Below, one piece after another: positions 44,030 to 56,104 of a stretch of 64,000 bases of DNA (position 1 is its first letter; every line of letters starts with the position of its first letter). The notes under the pieces were generated by a model. It searched no databases. It was not told the DNA's origin and was given only the letters and a program-made list of their open reading frames with translations. The stretch comes from Blastocladiella emersonii ATCC 22665 (taxonomy: Eukaryota > Fungi > Blastocladiomycota): positions 1,302,001-1,366,000 of the forward strand of contig JANHCV010000008.1 in NCBI GenBank assembly GCA_025594325.1, given 5' to 3'. Position numbers and translations under genes: made by a program.

Positions 44030-44640
44030 CGGCCACATTTCGCGGTACCAGCCACCGGGGATCGCGAGGAGCTCCGCGTGGGAGTCCTGCTCAACGACGC
44101 GGCCGTGGTCGAGGACGACTATGCGACCTCCGACTATCGTCAAGAGCCGTTGCGCGATAAAGATCGCGATGAACGGCAGGCGAGCCGCATCCGCTTGATG
44201 CGCAAGGACCTTGTCAATCGCCAAGCGCAGTGCGCTTTCCGAGCGCCCGTCGAGCGCAAGCAAGGGCCAGCCGCTGGCGCTCGCCGCCGGACACGAGCGA
44301 CCCGCGTGTTGTACTCGTGCGGGAACTCAAGGATGCAGTCGCGAGTCAAGAAGCGTTTCACAACGTCAATGATCTCGTCGTGCGTCACGTTGTTGCGGCC
44401 ATACGCGATGTTGTGAGCGACCGTGTTGTTGTTAAACAGCGCCGTGTCATGCGGCACGATCGATAGGTGCCGTGCCAGCAAGGCGGCCGCCGCATCAACC
44501 GCGGACTAGCTGTCAATGAGCACGTGGCCCGACGTCTGATCGTACATGCGGTAGAGCAGTTTGGCCCCTGACGTGTCCATCGCGCAGCCGACACGTCCAT
44601 CGCGCAGCTGACGCACATGGGTGCTGTAGTGGGGCGTGCG
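44030..44640 (-). pseudogene. Degraded duplicate of the ATM1 nucleotide-binding-domain 3' end
   Basis: LARHLSIVPHDTALFNNNTVAHNIAYGRNN..EFPHEYNTRV and HGRVVEQDSHAELLAIPGGWYREMW mirror the ATM1 C-terminus; frameshifts. Confidence 0.85.
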
Positions 44641-45067
44641 TGCGAGACATGCGAGACACGCACGCGTCAAGGTCAGGTGTGGATCACGCCACCCGCCGAC
44701 GCTGCCTCCCACGCCTCCGCCGCGGCCCAACGCGCGGCGCACTCTCGCGCTCGGTTCCTGTTTGAGGATGAATGAAGCTGTTCCTGTTTGATACACTGGT
44801 TGATTTCCCCTGCAATACCATCCTGTCGCAGTACGTCGCGTGTATCCCGCTTCCCCCGTGCCTGAATAGAATAGCAATGGGAGACTGGCGGAGCAAGGAG
44901 ACGGTCGTGGTCGGCCGCCATCGCGTCGTTTGAGCGCGGTGCCACGAGCAGCAGCTGGATCGCGAACTGCGATCAGCAGCAAAGTTGCAAGACTTTGACA
45001 GGAAGAAGCGACGATACGAGACTCGAATCACATTGAACTCTTCTTGCTATATTCTTCGTTATATCTC

Positions 45068-47470
45068 TTACACATCAACCACGCGCGCCGTCCCCGCGGG
45101 CGCGACGACCGTAACGGGCTCCTCTTCAGCCGCGGCCATGGCCTCGTCCGCCTGCTGCTGCTGCGTGTACCACATTTCGCGGTACAGCCCGCCAGGGATC
45201 GCGAGGAGCTCCGCGTGGTTGCCCATCTCGACGACGCGGCCCTCGCGGAGGACGAAAATCCTCGAACACCCCGCGACGGTGGTCAACCGGTGCGCGACGA
45301 AGATCGCCATGGGCGGGGGCTGCGTGGGGTCGGCGGGGTGGTGCAAGAAATCGTCGATGGCCGCGAGGACGGCGGCCTCGGACCGCGAATCGAGGGCGGC
45401 GGAGCTCTCGTCGAGGGCGAGGATGCGCGCGTCGGTGCGGATGAGTGCGCGTGCGAGGGCGACGCGCTGGCGCTCGCCGCCGGAGAGGAGCGATCCGCGT
45501 TCGCCGACGCGCGTGTTGTACCCGAGCGGGAACTCGAGGATGCGGTCGTGGATCTGCGCGCGTTTCGCGGCCGCGACGATCTCCTCCTGCGTCGCGTTCT
45601 CGCGGCCGTACGCGATGTTGTAGGCGATGGTGTTGTTGAACAGGGCCGTGTCCTGGGGCACGATCGAGAGGTGGCGGAGGAGGGACTCGGAGGTCACGTC
45701 GGTGAGCGGCTGGCCGTCGATCAGGACGCGGCCGGCCGTCGGGTCGTACTGGCGGAACAGGAGACGCAGCGCGGAGCTCTTGCCCGAGCCGCTGGAGCCG
45801 ACAAAGGCCACCTTCTCGCCCGGGTACAGCGTCAGGTCGACGCCGCGCAGGATCTCGCGGTCCGGCGTGTAGGCGAACCGGACGTTGTCGAAGGTGACGA
45901 CGCCGTCGCGCCAGACGAGCGGCTTCGCGTCGGGCTTGTCGCGGACGGCCGCCTGCACCGACTGCAGCGCGAACATGGTCTGCATGTCGGTGAGCGCCTG
46001 GCGCTGCTCGCGGTAGACGGACCCCAAAAAGTTGAGCGGCATCGAGAGCTGGAACACGAGCCCGTTGATCATGACGAGGTCGCCAACCGTCAAAGCGCCG
46101 GCGAGCACGCCCTGGGTCGCCATCCACATCATGGCGGTGAGCGAGACCGCAAAGATCCCGGCCTGCCCGGCGTTGAGCATGGCGAGCGACGTGGTGGTCT
46201 TGACAGCGGCCACCTCGTACTGCGCGAGCGACTTGTCGTACTCGGCCGTCTCGCGGGGCGCGCCGCCAAAGTACTTGACGGCCTCGATGTTGACGAGCGA
46301 GTCGACGGCGCGCGCGGCGGCCGCGTTATCGGCGGCGTTCATCTCGCGGCGGAACCGCGTGCGCCACGTCGTCGTCGACACGGTGAACCACGTGTACAGG
46401 AACAGCGTCGCGGCCGTCACCGCAGCGTACCCGGACCCGTACGTGTGGGCGAGGATGCCGCACACGAGCGAGATCTCGAGCGCGGTCGGGACGACGTGGA
46501 AGACCATGGACGAGAGGACGAACGCGATGCCCTTGGTTCCGCGGTCGATGGCGCGCGTGAGGGCGCCCGTCTGGCGGGCGAGGTGGAACGACACGTCCTG
46601 GCGGAGGAGGTGGTCGAAGATATTCCGCGCGACGCGGCGGATCGCGCGCTGGGCGACGGCGCCGAAGACGGCGGACCGGAGTTCCGAGAAGAGCGTGGCG
46701 CCGACGCGTGCCGCGCCGTAGCCGAGCAGGACGGTGCCGCACACGGCCATGACCGAGAGATCGTTGGCGACGGTGTTGGCGGAGCCTGCGGCGGTCAGCG
46801 CGGTCAGGCTGTCGACGGCGGCCTTGAAGTAGTAGGGGACCTGGACGTTGAGCAGCTTGCCCGCGATGAGCAGCGAGAGCGCGATCAGGACGCGCGCGCG
46901 CACCGACCAGTCGTCGCGCGGCCACAGGTACTGGACCAGGTTTTTGAGGATGGCCATGTCGGCCTCCTTGTCCGAGGCGACGTTCAGGGCGAGCCCGGTT
47001 TCGTCGGTTTTGGTTGCGGGGGTAGCGGGTTTCTTAGTAGCGGGGGCAGCAGCGGGGGTAGAGGAGGAAGTCGAGTGGTTGCGCACAGCCGCGGGCACGA
47101 GCGGCGAGCGGGCGGTCGCCGACCACGCGGCAACGGCGGGCACACACTCCGCGGAGCGGGCCGCCGCGACCGGCCGCGCGAGCGTCGAGAACGACGACGC
47201 GAGCGGGACCGACGCGAGGACCGACCGGTTGGGGGTAGCGAGGGTCGAGAGCATGGCGCGCTGCAGGAACGCCGTCGACGTCGAGGTCGCAGCACCGCCT
47301 CGCGCCTCGGCCGGCGATGATCGTCGCGGATCGCGCGACAGGTGCAGCAGGCGGGACGCGGCGGCGGCGGCGGGCGCGGCGGCGGCTCCCGAGGAAGATG
47401 AGGCGCACGCGCGCGACGCCGCGGCGGCACACCACGCGAGGCGGGCGGTGCGCGGTATCGACGACGACAT
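45068..47470 (-). CDS. ATM1: Mitochondrial Fe-S cluster ABC half-transporter (ABCB7/Atm1)
   Basis: Arg/Ala-rich presequence; YLWPRDD..RVLIAL..GKLLNVQVPYYFK; Walker A GSSGSGKS; LSGGERQR; Walker B ILALDE. Confidence 0.95.
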   Translation of the reverse strand: MSSSIPRTARLAWCAAAASRACASSSSGAAAAPAAAAASRLLHLSRDPRRSSPAEARGGAATSTSTAFLQRAMLSTLATPNRSVLASVPLASSFSTLARPVAAARSAECVPAVAAWSATARSPLVPAAVRNHSTSSSTPAAAPATKKPATPATKTDETGLALNVASDKEADMAILKNLVQYLWPRDDWSVRARVLIALSLLIAGKLLNVQVPYYFKAAVDSLTALTAAGSANTVANDLSVMAVCGTVLLGYGAARVGATLFSELRSAVFGAVAQRAIRRVARNIFDHLLRQDVSFHLARQTGALTRAIDRGTKGIAFVLSSMVFHVVPTALEISLVCGILAHTYGSGYAAVTAATLFLYTWFTVSTTTWRTRFRREMNAADNAAAARAVDSLVNIEAVKYFGGAPRETAEYDKSLAQYEVAAVKTTTSLAMLNAGQAGIFAVSLTAMMWMATQGVLAGALTVGDLVMINGLVFQLSMPLNFLGSVYREQRQALTDMQTMFALQSVQAAVRDKPDAKPLVWRDGVVTFDNVRFAYTPDREILRGVDLTLYPGEKVAFVGSSGSGKSSALRLLFRQYDPTAGRVLIDGQPLTDVTSESLLRHLSIVPQDTALFNNTIAYNIAYGRENATQEEIVAAAKRAQIHDRILEFPLGYNTRVGERGSLLSGGERQRVALARALIRTDARILALDESSAALDSRSEAAVLAAIDDFLHHPADPTQPPPMAIFVAHRLTTVAGCSRIFVLREGRVVEMGNHAELLAIPGGLYREMWYTQQQQADEAMAAAEEEPVTVVAPAGTARVVDV

Positions 47471-47807
47471 GGACGCGTTCGGTTGCGTCGATGGGGAGGG
47501 GGGCTACGCGCGGGTGACGCGTCAGCGGGGTGTTGCGTCAAGTTACATGGTGCGAGAGCATACATGGCGCTTTATCGAGCGGGATCGGTGTTCGTTGCAG
47601 GGAGTGTGAGGATCAACAAAGCGATGGGGTAAGCAAGGGAGGGTGGGTGGCGCACGCGGCGCGTGACGTGATTTTCGGGACAAGTCACGTTTCGCGAGCG
47701 ACAAGGTGAAACCGCGCGCGTCGCTCGGCTGCGCGAAACCTTGCCTCCCCTGCCCCCCTCACCTTCATCATCATCACCACGCGTATCACCGCGTGAGACA
47801 CGCTGCA

Positions 47808-50800
47808 ATGAACATCCCGCTGCCCGAGTCGCCGACCTCGCCCGGCTTCAGCGACGCCGACGCCGACGCGGGCGACGCGCCATCGCGGACCCGCACGCTC
47901 AGCGGGTCGACGACGGCCGTCGCCATGGCCGTGCCCATCTTCCACCACCTCAACAGCGACGGCGGTGGCGGAAATGGGGTCGCCGCTGCTCCGGCCCTGC
48001 GTCTCATCGCGGGCCCGCCGACACTCGCTCCCGCCGCCGCGGGGCACACGGCGCCGCTCCCGCTGTTGCTCGGACCTGTCCACTCGGAATCGCCGTCCAA
48101 CGTCGAAGATGAGTCGGAGCCAATGTGTAACGGCGACGACGCCATGGACGTGGACCCCGCCGCGCTCGACGGCGACTGCGAGAGTCCCGAAACATGGCAG
48201 ATCATCCTGTACGCCTACTTTCCTCCACCCACCACGATCCATCGCTAACCCCTACGATGTAGACACAACGAGAACACCCGCCAGCTCGTCCTGTACAACC
48301 CGGCCAACCACGCCCTCGTGCTGCAGTCCGTCACGCACCCGTCCGCCGCTCCCTCTACCACCGAATCGCATCCCCGTCCACGCACCCGCGCCCTCTCGCA
48401 CGCATCCTCCTCGTCCGCGCGCCCGCGCCTGCCCGTCCAGCTACCACCCGAGTGCCCGCTGTGCGGCCGCGCGTTCGAGACGGGCCAGTTCCCGAACATG
48501 ACCACGGCCGCGGCGGCTGCTGCTGCAGCTGCGGCAGCGGTGTCGCGCGTAATGCACCACCACCACCGACACGCGGACGCGGACGCGGACGCGAACGGGC
48601 ACGGGCACGAGGTGGTGGTCGCGACCGAGCCGACGTTTCTCGACCAGGACTATTTCCGGCTGCTCGAGAACGTCCAGTGCGTGCATCTCGCTAATCTCAC
48701 TCCCGCGCGTGTGCTGACCATTTTGGGTGTAGCGCGGCGTACCCGCTCGACACGGACGCGGACCCGCGGTCCTCGTCGCCGCTTCCCGCGCCCACCGACG
48801 AGCCGAGCCAGGGCGTCAAGCACGCGAGCTTCAACCAGGGCTACTACGACCGCTTCTTCGTTGAGCTAAAGAAGCTCGGCCGCGGCGCCCACGGCTCCGT
48901 GTTCCTGTGCCAGCACGTTCTCGACGACATTCCGCTCGGGTCCGTCCCCCTTCTGCTACTTTACGCCCACCCCCACTCACCCTTTTCCTTTTGGCGGACA
49001 TGTAGCGAATACGCCATCAAAAAGGTGGCCGTCGGCGACAACCACCCGTGGCTGTCGCGCATGCTGCGCGAGGTGACCTTACTCGAACGGCTGCGCCACC
49101 CGAACATCGTCGCGTACAAGCACGCGTGGCTCGAGCACTGCCGCCACACGCCCTTCGGGCCCGACGTCCCGTCCCTGTTCATCCTCATGGAGCGCGCGAA
49201 TGGCGGGAACCTCGAGGAGTTCTTGCAGCCCGACGCCAACGAGGACCCGACCGCCGCCGACGGCACGGGCACCGTGACGAAAGCCAAACTCCTGCGCGCA
49301 CGCCGTCGCGCCGCGCGTCTCGCCGCGCTCCCGTCCCTCCCAGCCGCGTGGTCGACCGTCGGCCGCGACGGCGGGTGGGCCGTGACGCCCGCGGGCTCCG
49401 TCGTCCGCCTCCTCGCCACGCGCGCGCTGCTCACCATGGTCCTCGGCGTCGCGCGCGGGCTCGCGCACCTGCACCGCCACGGCATCGTGCACCGCGACCT
49501 GAAACCGCCCAACATCCTGCTCGCGTGGGAGTCCGAGTCCGACTCGGGCGACGCCGGCCCGCCAAACGACGCCGACGAGCCCAGCGCGTCGTCCCCACCG
49601 ACCTCCCGCGTCCCGACGGTCCTGATCTCCGATTTCGGCGAATGCGAAGTCCTCGCTCCGTCGGACGACCCCGCGGCGCGGCGCCGGCGCCGGTCGGGGA
49701 ACACGGGGACTATCGACTTCACGGCGCCCGAGCTGCTCGACTTTGACCGCGCGGCCGGCGCGTTCACGGCGGCCTACTCGCCGAAAGCGGACATCTGGTC
49801 GCTCGGGCTCGTCGCCCTGTACACGGCGTACGCGGGCCACCTCCCGTTCCGCGACCGCGACGATATCGACGCGTTGCGCGCCGAGATTCTCGCGCTGGAT
49901 GCCGCGCGCGTGTTTCCCACAGAGGAGGAGGAAAGGGTGCCCCGCGCGTTCCGCAGCCTCGTCGCGCGGTGTCTCGCGCGGGATCCAGCGGACCGGCCGA
50001 CGGCCGCGCAGGTGTGCGGCGCGATCGAGAAGATGCTCGCGGACGCGACGGGCGGGGGCGACGCGGTGCCCGCGCCGGCGGCGGCGGTCGTCACGACCAC
50101 GGACGAGGAGGAGGAGGACGAGGACGACGTGATCCCCGCGCCCGCCCCCTCCAGCCCGAGCTCCTCGTCGATGCGCAAACAACGCGCTTCGTCGTCGACC
50201 CGCCACCACCGCCACTCGCCGCTCGCGCCGCACCCGCACCACCACGCGCACCACCCGCACCACCATCTCCCGGTCCACCATCACCGCCGCACCGAGCCCG
50301 CGGCCGCCGCGGTCCGCCGCCACGTCAAGATCGACCGCCGCGAGCTCGCGGCGCGGCTCCGCGGTGGCGGTGGGACGTCGCCCGCGCGACCTCCTCCCGC
50401 GGCTGCGGCTGCCGAACCTGCTGCGGCGGGTACGAGTGTGGTGCGCCGCCGCCGCGTCAACTCGACGCCGAGCCCAGCGACAGCGACGGCGGCGGCGGCG
50501 GCGGCGGCGGCGCGCGAGTCGTCCGAGCACGGCGACGCGGATGAGCCGATGGCCGTCGAGCTGTTCACTTCGTCCCCTTCAACCGCGCCACCACCTGCGC
50601 CCGCCGAATCCGCCGCTACGCCCGCCCCCGCCGCCGCCTCGCCGCCGTGGTACGTGAGCGGCACGCGTCTGGTACAAGTCGCGACCCTCGCGGTGATGCC
50701 CGGCGGGGCGCCGCTCGGCGTGGCCGTCGGGTGGACGTGTCTATCGATGGCGGCGACCGACTGGGCGCTGCTGGCCGACAACGAGCAGCCGGCGGGGGTC

Positions 50801-50902
50801 CCGCCGCCGCACGTGCACCGCGTCGTGGTGGTGGTCGGCGGGCTCGTGGTGCATGCGCTCGCGATGGCGGGGATTTATGTGCAGATGGTGCGCGGTGCGT
50901 GA
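47808..50902 (+). CDS. IKS1: IKS1-family Ser/Thr protein kinase (4 exons)
   Basis: Introns 48209-48262, 48677-48732 and 48940-49005 join in frame. QLVLYN, CPLC..F, YF.LL, QGYYDRFFVELKKLGRGAHGSVFLCQHVLDDIPLG-YAIKKVAVG, HRDLKPPN, DFGE. Confidence 0.85.
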
Positions 50903-50977
50903 CTAGGACGCGAGAGTCGTGACGCGATGAGAGAGAACTGAATACATCCATCCACGCAACCGCATTCGTCTATTCAT

Positions 50978-52414
50978 TCATTCAACAACCTCCGCCGCGC
51001 CCAAAAAATCCGTCGCCGGGCCAGGCAAATCGCGCATCCCGGCCGCCGCGAACCGCGGCGTGACCCTGGCGAACCCGTCGGCCGCGACGTACACCTTGAC
51101 CGCGCACACGGGCGACGGGACCCGCGTCGCGTCGATGCACGCGCCGGGCACGCCGTTGCGCGAGAACGTGACGCGGCCGTCGATGCTCACCATGATGCCG
51201 CACACGTCGCCCTCGCGGAACGGTTGCGGGAGGTACGCGGCGCGCGATACGCCGCGCACCTCCTCGCTACTGACAAACACGCGGCCGTCCCACAGGTCGA
51301 GCGCGAGGGACCAGTCGTGCCGCCCCGGACGCCGGAACGACGGGTACGGCGGCGTCGCGAGGCCGAGCGTCACGCGCGTGGTGGCCGAAAGCCGGGTCAG
51401 CTCGAACTCGATGTACACCGGCCGCAGCGTGCGGGAGTGCAGCGGGACCGGGTGGTTCGTCACGACGTTGACGACGGGGTCCGGCGACGTGCGGGGGACG
51501 TAGTTCTCGCGGGCCGGGTCGCGGCGTGGGTAAAACGTCACGGCGCGCGTCGTGAGATCGAACTTGGCGACCTTGGCGACCTCGCGCTGCGGCGCCACGA
51601 GCTCCCACCCGCGCGCCGAGCGCATCGACGCGACGGCCGCGGTGTCGAGCGTCAGGCGCACGCCCGCGTTTGCGGCGCAGAAGGCGTCGGCGCGCGCGGC
51701 GTCGTCCTCGGGGCTGCTGCTGGATGACGCGGCGGCAGCGGCAGGTGGTTCGTCGTCGATGGCGACGGCCGAGTACGACGGCGGCGGCGGAAGGAGCCCG
51801 TCGTCGTCGTCGTCGTTCGTGGGAACGAGTTGCGGCGCAGCCGGCTTCGACGGCGGCGCCGCGGCCGGCACGAACTCCCGCGCGGGCCCGCGCACAAACC
51901 CGCTGACGCCCAGCGTCCCCGCGCGTTCCGCCGCGCGCCGCCGCTCCCCGTCGCGGCGGTCGGCCTCGCGCTCGAGCCACGCCATCCGCCGCCGCTTCGC
52001 TGCGTCGCGCACGCGGACGTAGCACCACCACTCCCGGACCCCGGCGCGGTGGAAGGCGCAGGCGGCGAGCATGGCGAGACAGAACAGACCAAAGAACGAG
52101 CCGCCGATGATCTCGACCCAGCGCCAGACGAGGTCGGCGCACCACGACGCCCACCGGGAGCGGTCGGCCTTCATGTCGGCGGTCAGGAAGACGCACCCGT
52201 CCTCGCCGTGCGGGCCGCTGCCGGACTCGTAGTAGTAGCCGCTGCCGCTGAAGGAGGCTACGGGGGAGGGGAGGGGGTGAGTGGGGGCGGGTGAGAGAGG
52301 GGAGGGTGGGGCGGGCGTACAGTACGCCATGACCGCGGGCGGGGCCACGACGAGAACCGCGGCGAGGACGGCGGCGAGGGATGCCGGCGTTGCGGCGGTG
52401 GCCGTAGATTTCAT
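50978..52414 (-). CDS. SSH4: SSH4/EAR1-like TM + SPRY Rsp5 adaptor, copy 1
   Basis: Signal-like N-terminus, TM helix, PPPPSY motif, GLATPPYPSFRRPG..GDVCG..FSRNG SPRY core; probable in-frame 63-nt intron 52320-52258. Confidence 0.7.
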   Translation of the reverse strand: MKSTATAATPASLAAVLAAVLVVAPPAVMAYCTPAPPSPLSPAPTHPLPSPVASFSGSGYYYESGSGPHGEDGCVFLTADMKADRSRWASWCADLVWRWVEIIGGSFFGLFCLAMLAACAFHRAGVREWWCYVRVRDAAKRRRMAWLEREADRRDGERRRAAERAGTLGVSGFVRGPAREFVPAAAPPSKPAAPQLVPTNDDDDDGLLPPPPSYSAVAIDDEPPAAAAASSSSSPEDDAARADAFCAANAGVRLTLDTAAVASMRSARGWELVAPQREVAKVAKFDLTTRAVTFYPRRDPARENYVPRTSPDPVVNVVTNHPVPLHSRTLRPVYIEFELTRLSATTRVTLGLATPPYPSFRRPGRHDWSLALDLWDGRVFVSSEEVRGVSRAAYLPQPFREGDVCGIMVSIDGRVTFSRNGVPGACIDATRVPSPVCAVKVYVAADGFARVTPRFAAAGMRDLPGPATDFLGAAEVVE

Positions 52415-53133
52415 TGCAATGTGCTAGAGGGTTGCGAGAGAGGGAGAGCGAGGGCGAGGGGAAGCGGCGCGCTCTTGAAGGGCGGGCCGCGAGTCGCAGG
52501 TGGCTTGCCGTGATCGGCGGGGTGCCGAGCCAGGGACCTCACCGCAGAGTCCCCGAGGGCTGCACCTGGGGCTGCACTGCAACGTGTGCAAGGGAAGGGA
52601 GGGTGTCTCCTCTCGCTGTCTCACGTCTCCCGCGACGACGACGGCAGGGTGGGGTTCGCGGGCGCACGAAGGGGATGTGCAGCTCGCGGGGTGCTTCGAG
52701 GCGCGACACGCTCACGACGGCTGCCAGAGGGCCGCAAAGTGCCGCGAGCTACGTGCGCGGAACACGTTGAACACTGCGAGTTGGACGAGTCGAGCGCGAC
52801 CCGCTGCACGTTCCAGGCGCGGGGCCGGCGGCGGCGGAGGAGCAGCGGTGCCGCGGCCCGGCGGTGAACAAGGACGGAGCCGCGAGCCGGGACGCGTTGC
52901 GCCACGCGAGTTGTGTGGCAGGTCTCCCACATTCGCTGTTCGACAGCCGCCTCGAGCTCCGTCGCAGCGCTGCCCGCCCTGCACTCGTGTCTGGACGGTG
53001 GACTGTCTCGCTGTCGTCACTCGCTCGATGCGGCCGCGTCCCGTGCCAACATGCAATCTATTCCACGTCAGGCTCCCTCACGCCCTCTCCGCTCACCCAG
53101 CCTACTTCTCACACAGCGCGTGCGCCGACCTCC

Positions 53134-53493
53134 TTACTTGAGCCTCGGCCGGATCCCGCAGAACAGGGCGATCACGATGAGGCAAAAAAGGCCGAGCACG
53201 CAGCCGGCGACGATCTCGACCCACCGCCACACGCGGTCTGCGCACCACGCCTTCCACCGCGTGCGATCGGCCTTCATGTCGGCCGTGAGGAACACACAGC
53301 CGTCCTCGCCGCTCGGTCCGCTGCCGGACTCGTAGTAGTAGCCGCTACCCGTGAACGAGCCGCCTGTGGGGTCGGCAAGTGAGTAGGAGAGCGGGAGGAG
53401 TGGGTCTTGACGCGTACTGTACGCCATGGCTTCCGAGGAAGCGGCGAGGATTGCGACGAGGATGGCGATGGCCGTCGCGGTGTTTGAGTTCAT
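53134..53493 (-). pseudogene. SSH4-like copy 3, truncated after the TM helix
   Basis: GSGYYYESGSGPSGEDGCVFLTADMKADR..WRWVEIVAG is near-identical to copies 1 and 2; no SPRY domain. Confidence 0.8.
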
Positions 53494-54162
53494 CGTGCTT
53501 GATTTCAAGTCTGTATGGTCCGAGCGAGAGAAAGTTCCGAGCGCAGCGCGACGCTGAAGTGCCGGCCAGGCAAGCGAGCCGCACCATTGTACGGGAAGCG
53601 AGGGCGCCCAGGGACCCAGCCTGATCTGGAGTGAGGGACCCTTGCCGCTAGCCGAGCCGCGGGGCGCTCGCCGCGGGGATCGAGCGCGCGTGCCGTACCG
53701 CAATGCGCGGGAGGGTGAGTCCGCGCTCTGTTCCTCCCGCAACGACGAGAACGCGCCGCCGTGGCGTTCAAGGGAGTACAGGGGTATGGGCTGCCTCCTG
53801 GTTGCTCGGAAGGTCGAGTCGCTCGCTCACTTTGGCGCGGATTCGGTCGAGCGTGGGGACGCGCTGCGCCACACGAGCGGTGTGACAGGTCGGCGTTGCC
53901 TCTTCGCATCGTCGGCCGCGTTCCGATCCCTCAGCTGAACGAAACGCTGCGACAGAAAGCAAAGGAACTGATCTTGCACTCGACTTTCGAGTTGGAACCT
54001 AAGATCTGCTTTTGTTTTGGCGGTGAGAGGTGCGCTCGACGCTCATCGCCACTTGCACGTTCTTCTGCCCAAACGACTTGCGAACCTGAGCCCCGCTAAC
54101 TTGGCCAGCGAATGCCCACGATGAAGCCGAATACGCTTGTACAGCAACATGATACATCTATT

Positions 54163-55603
54163 TTACACGACCGCGTTCCGGAAATCCGTCGCCTCGGCCG
54201 GGAGATACTCCATCTCCTCCCCCTTGAACCGCGGCGTAACGACCGCAAACCCGTCGGCCGCGATACACGGGACGACGCAGAACCTCGGACTCGGGACCGT
54301 CGTCGCCGTGATCTTGGCCCCAAACACGCCGTTGCGCGAGAACCCCACACACCCATCCGTCCCAACCATCACCCCGACCACGTCGCCCGCGACGCACGGG
54401 ACCGCGTACGGCGCGTGCGCCGAGTTCCCGCTCGCCGTCCCGATCCGCACGCGGCCGTCCCACAGGTCGAGCGCGACGGACCAGTCGTGGCGCCCGGGCC
54501 GCCGGAACGACGGGTGCGGCAGCGTCACGAGCCCGACCGACACGAACACGGCACCGCCGAACCGGTCGACCTTGAACTCGGCGTACAAGGGCCGCGGCGT
54601 GCGGTCGAACAAGGGCACGGGGAGGTTGGTCACGACGTTGACCGAGGCGTGCGGGCGCGGGCCGTACGGCTCGCCCGCCGTGGAGGGCGGGCGGTCCGGG
54701 TTCAGCTGCGGGTAGAAGGTCACGACGCCCGAGGTGCCGTGGATCTTGACGACCTTGGCCACGTCGCGCTGCGGCGCCGTGAACGACCAGCCGGCGGCGG
54801 ACCGCATCGCCTTGGCTGTCGCCGCGTCCATGGTCAGCGGCACGCACGCGTTCACGGCGTAGAAGTCCTGCGCGAGCTGCGTGTCGTCGTCGGCGGGCGG
54901 CGCGGTATCCGAGGAAGCCGCGGCGATGGGCGCGTCGGCGACCGAGTACGTCGGCGGCGGCGACGCGGCTCCGTCGCTGCTGCTGCCGAGATCGAGCTGC
55001 GGCTGGCTCGTGAACGCCGGCGGCGCGCCCGCTCTCGACGCCGCCTCGGCCGCGGGCGCAGCGCCCGTCACCGTCGGCACGAGCGCGGGCACGAACGCGT
55101 CGGGCCCGAGCGACTCGCCCGCGCGCGTCGGCATCCGCTGCTGCTGCTCCTCGACGGCGTTCGCGACCACCTGCGCCTCGCGCTGCCACTGCCTGCGCTT
55201 CCGCCGCTTCTGCACGCCGTCCCACCACGCGCAGCAGCTGATGTCAAAGTGGTCGAGGACCATGATGACGAGCAGGACGAAGCAGACGACGCCGAGCAGG
55301 GTGCCGCCGATGATCTCGACCCACCGCCACACGCGGTCGGCGCACCAGGAGTGCCACCGCGACCGGTCGGCCTTCATGTCGGCGGTCAGGAGGATGCACC
55401 CGTCTTCGCCGTTCGGCCCGCTGCCGGACTCGTAGTAGTAGCCGCTACCCGTGAACGCGCCGCCTACAGGGTGGCGTGTGAGATGCGGAGGGTGGGAGGA
55501 GTGGGTGGTGATGCATGCTGTACGCCATGACGGCGGGCGTCGTTGCGAAAACCGCTGCGAGGACGCCTGATGCGGCGACAGCCGCCGCCGTAGTAGTTTT
55601 CAT
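54163..55603 (-). CDS. SSH4: SSH4-like TM + SPRY adaptor, copy 2 (~461 aa)
   Basis: Exon 1 55603-55519, 55-nt GC-AG intron 55518-55464 at the position of the GT-AG intron in paralogs, exon 2 to 54163; PPPTY motif and SPRY core. Confidence 0.7.
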
Positions 55604-56104
55604 TGCGAGTGAGTGAGATGCTTGGGGGAAGGGAGAGGAGGGAGAGTGCGGGGAGCGGCGCAGTTTTGAGGGGCGAGCAGCTCGGCGGCCTGCAAGAAGC
55701 TTGATCGAAACGGGTGCCAAACCAGGGCGCCCCATGCATGATCCGGGAGCGCACCGCAGCACGCAGGCGGGGGACGCCCGCCACCGCCACCGCCATCTGT
55801 TTCAGCCAATGTGGCGCGCGCGTGAAAGCTCAACGACGAAATGATTTATTCCAGCGCGTCTGGGTCACTGCTACGGTTGGGCGACGAGAGGAGGATCGGC
55901 TAGACCGTTTGTGCCAGCGCCCCGATATTGACCCGACGGCCTGTCGCGCTGGCGCGAAGGTCAGCGGCGCACGTCGCAGGGCGCCTGCGCGTCGCTCACC
56001 AGCACGCCGGCCCACGTGAGATGCAACTTGAAACGATCGAACGAGAGCGAAAACGCCGAGCAGGCGCTCGCGCGACTCGCGCTCCGCTCGCTTCACCGCT
56101 CGCC

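Noticed and set aside
45044-47320. 758-aa plus-strand ORF and similar long shadows (45126-46127, 49079-50530, 54112-55530, 54158-55228, 51267-52196)
   Set aside because: Antisense or alternative-frame shadows of GC3-rich real genes; low-complexity Arg/Gly/Ala translations with no motifs.
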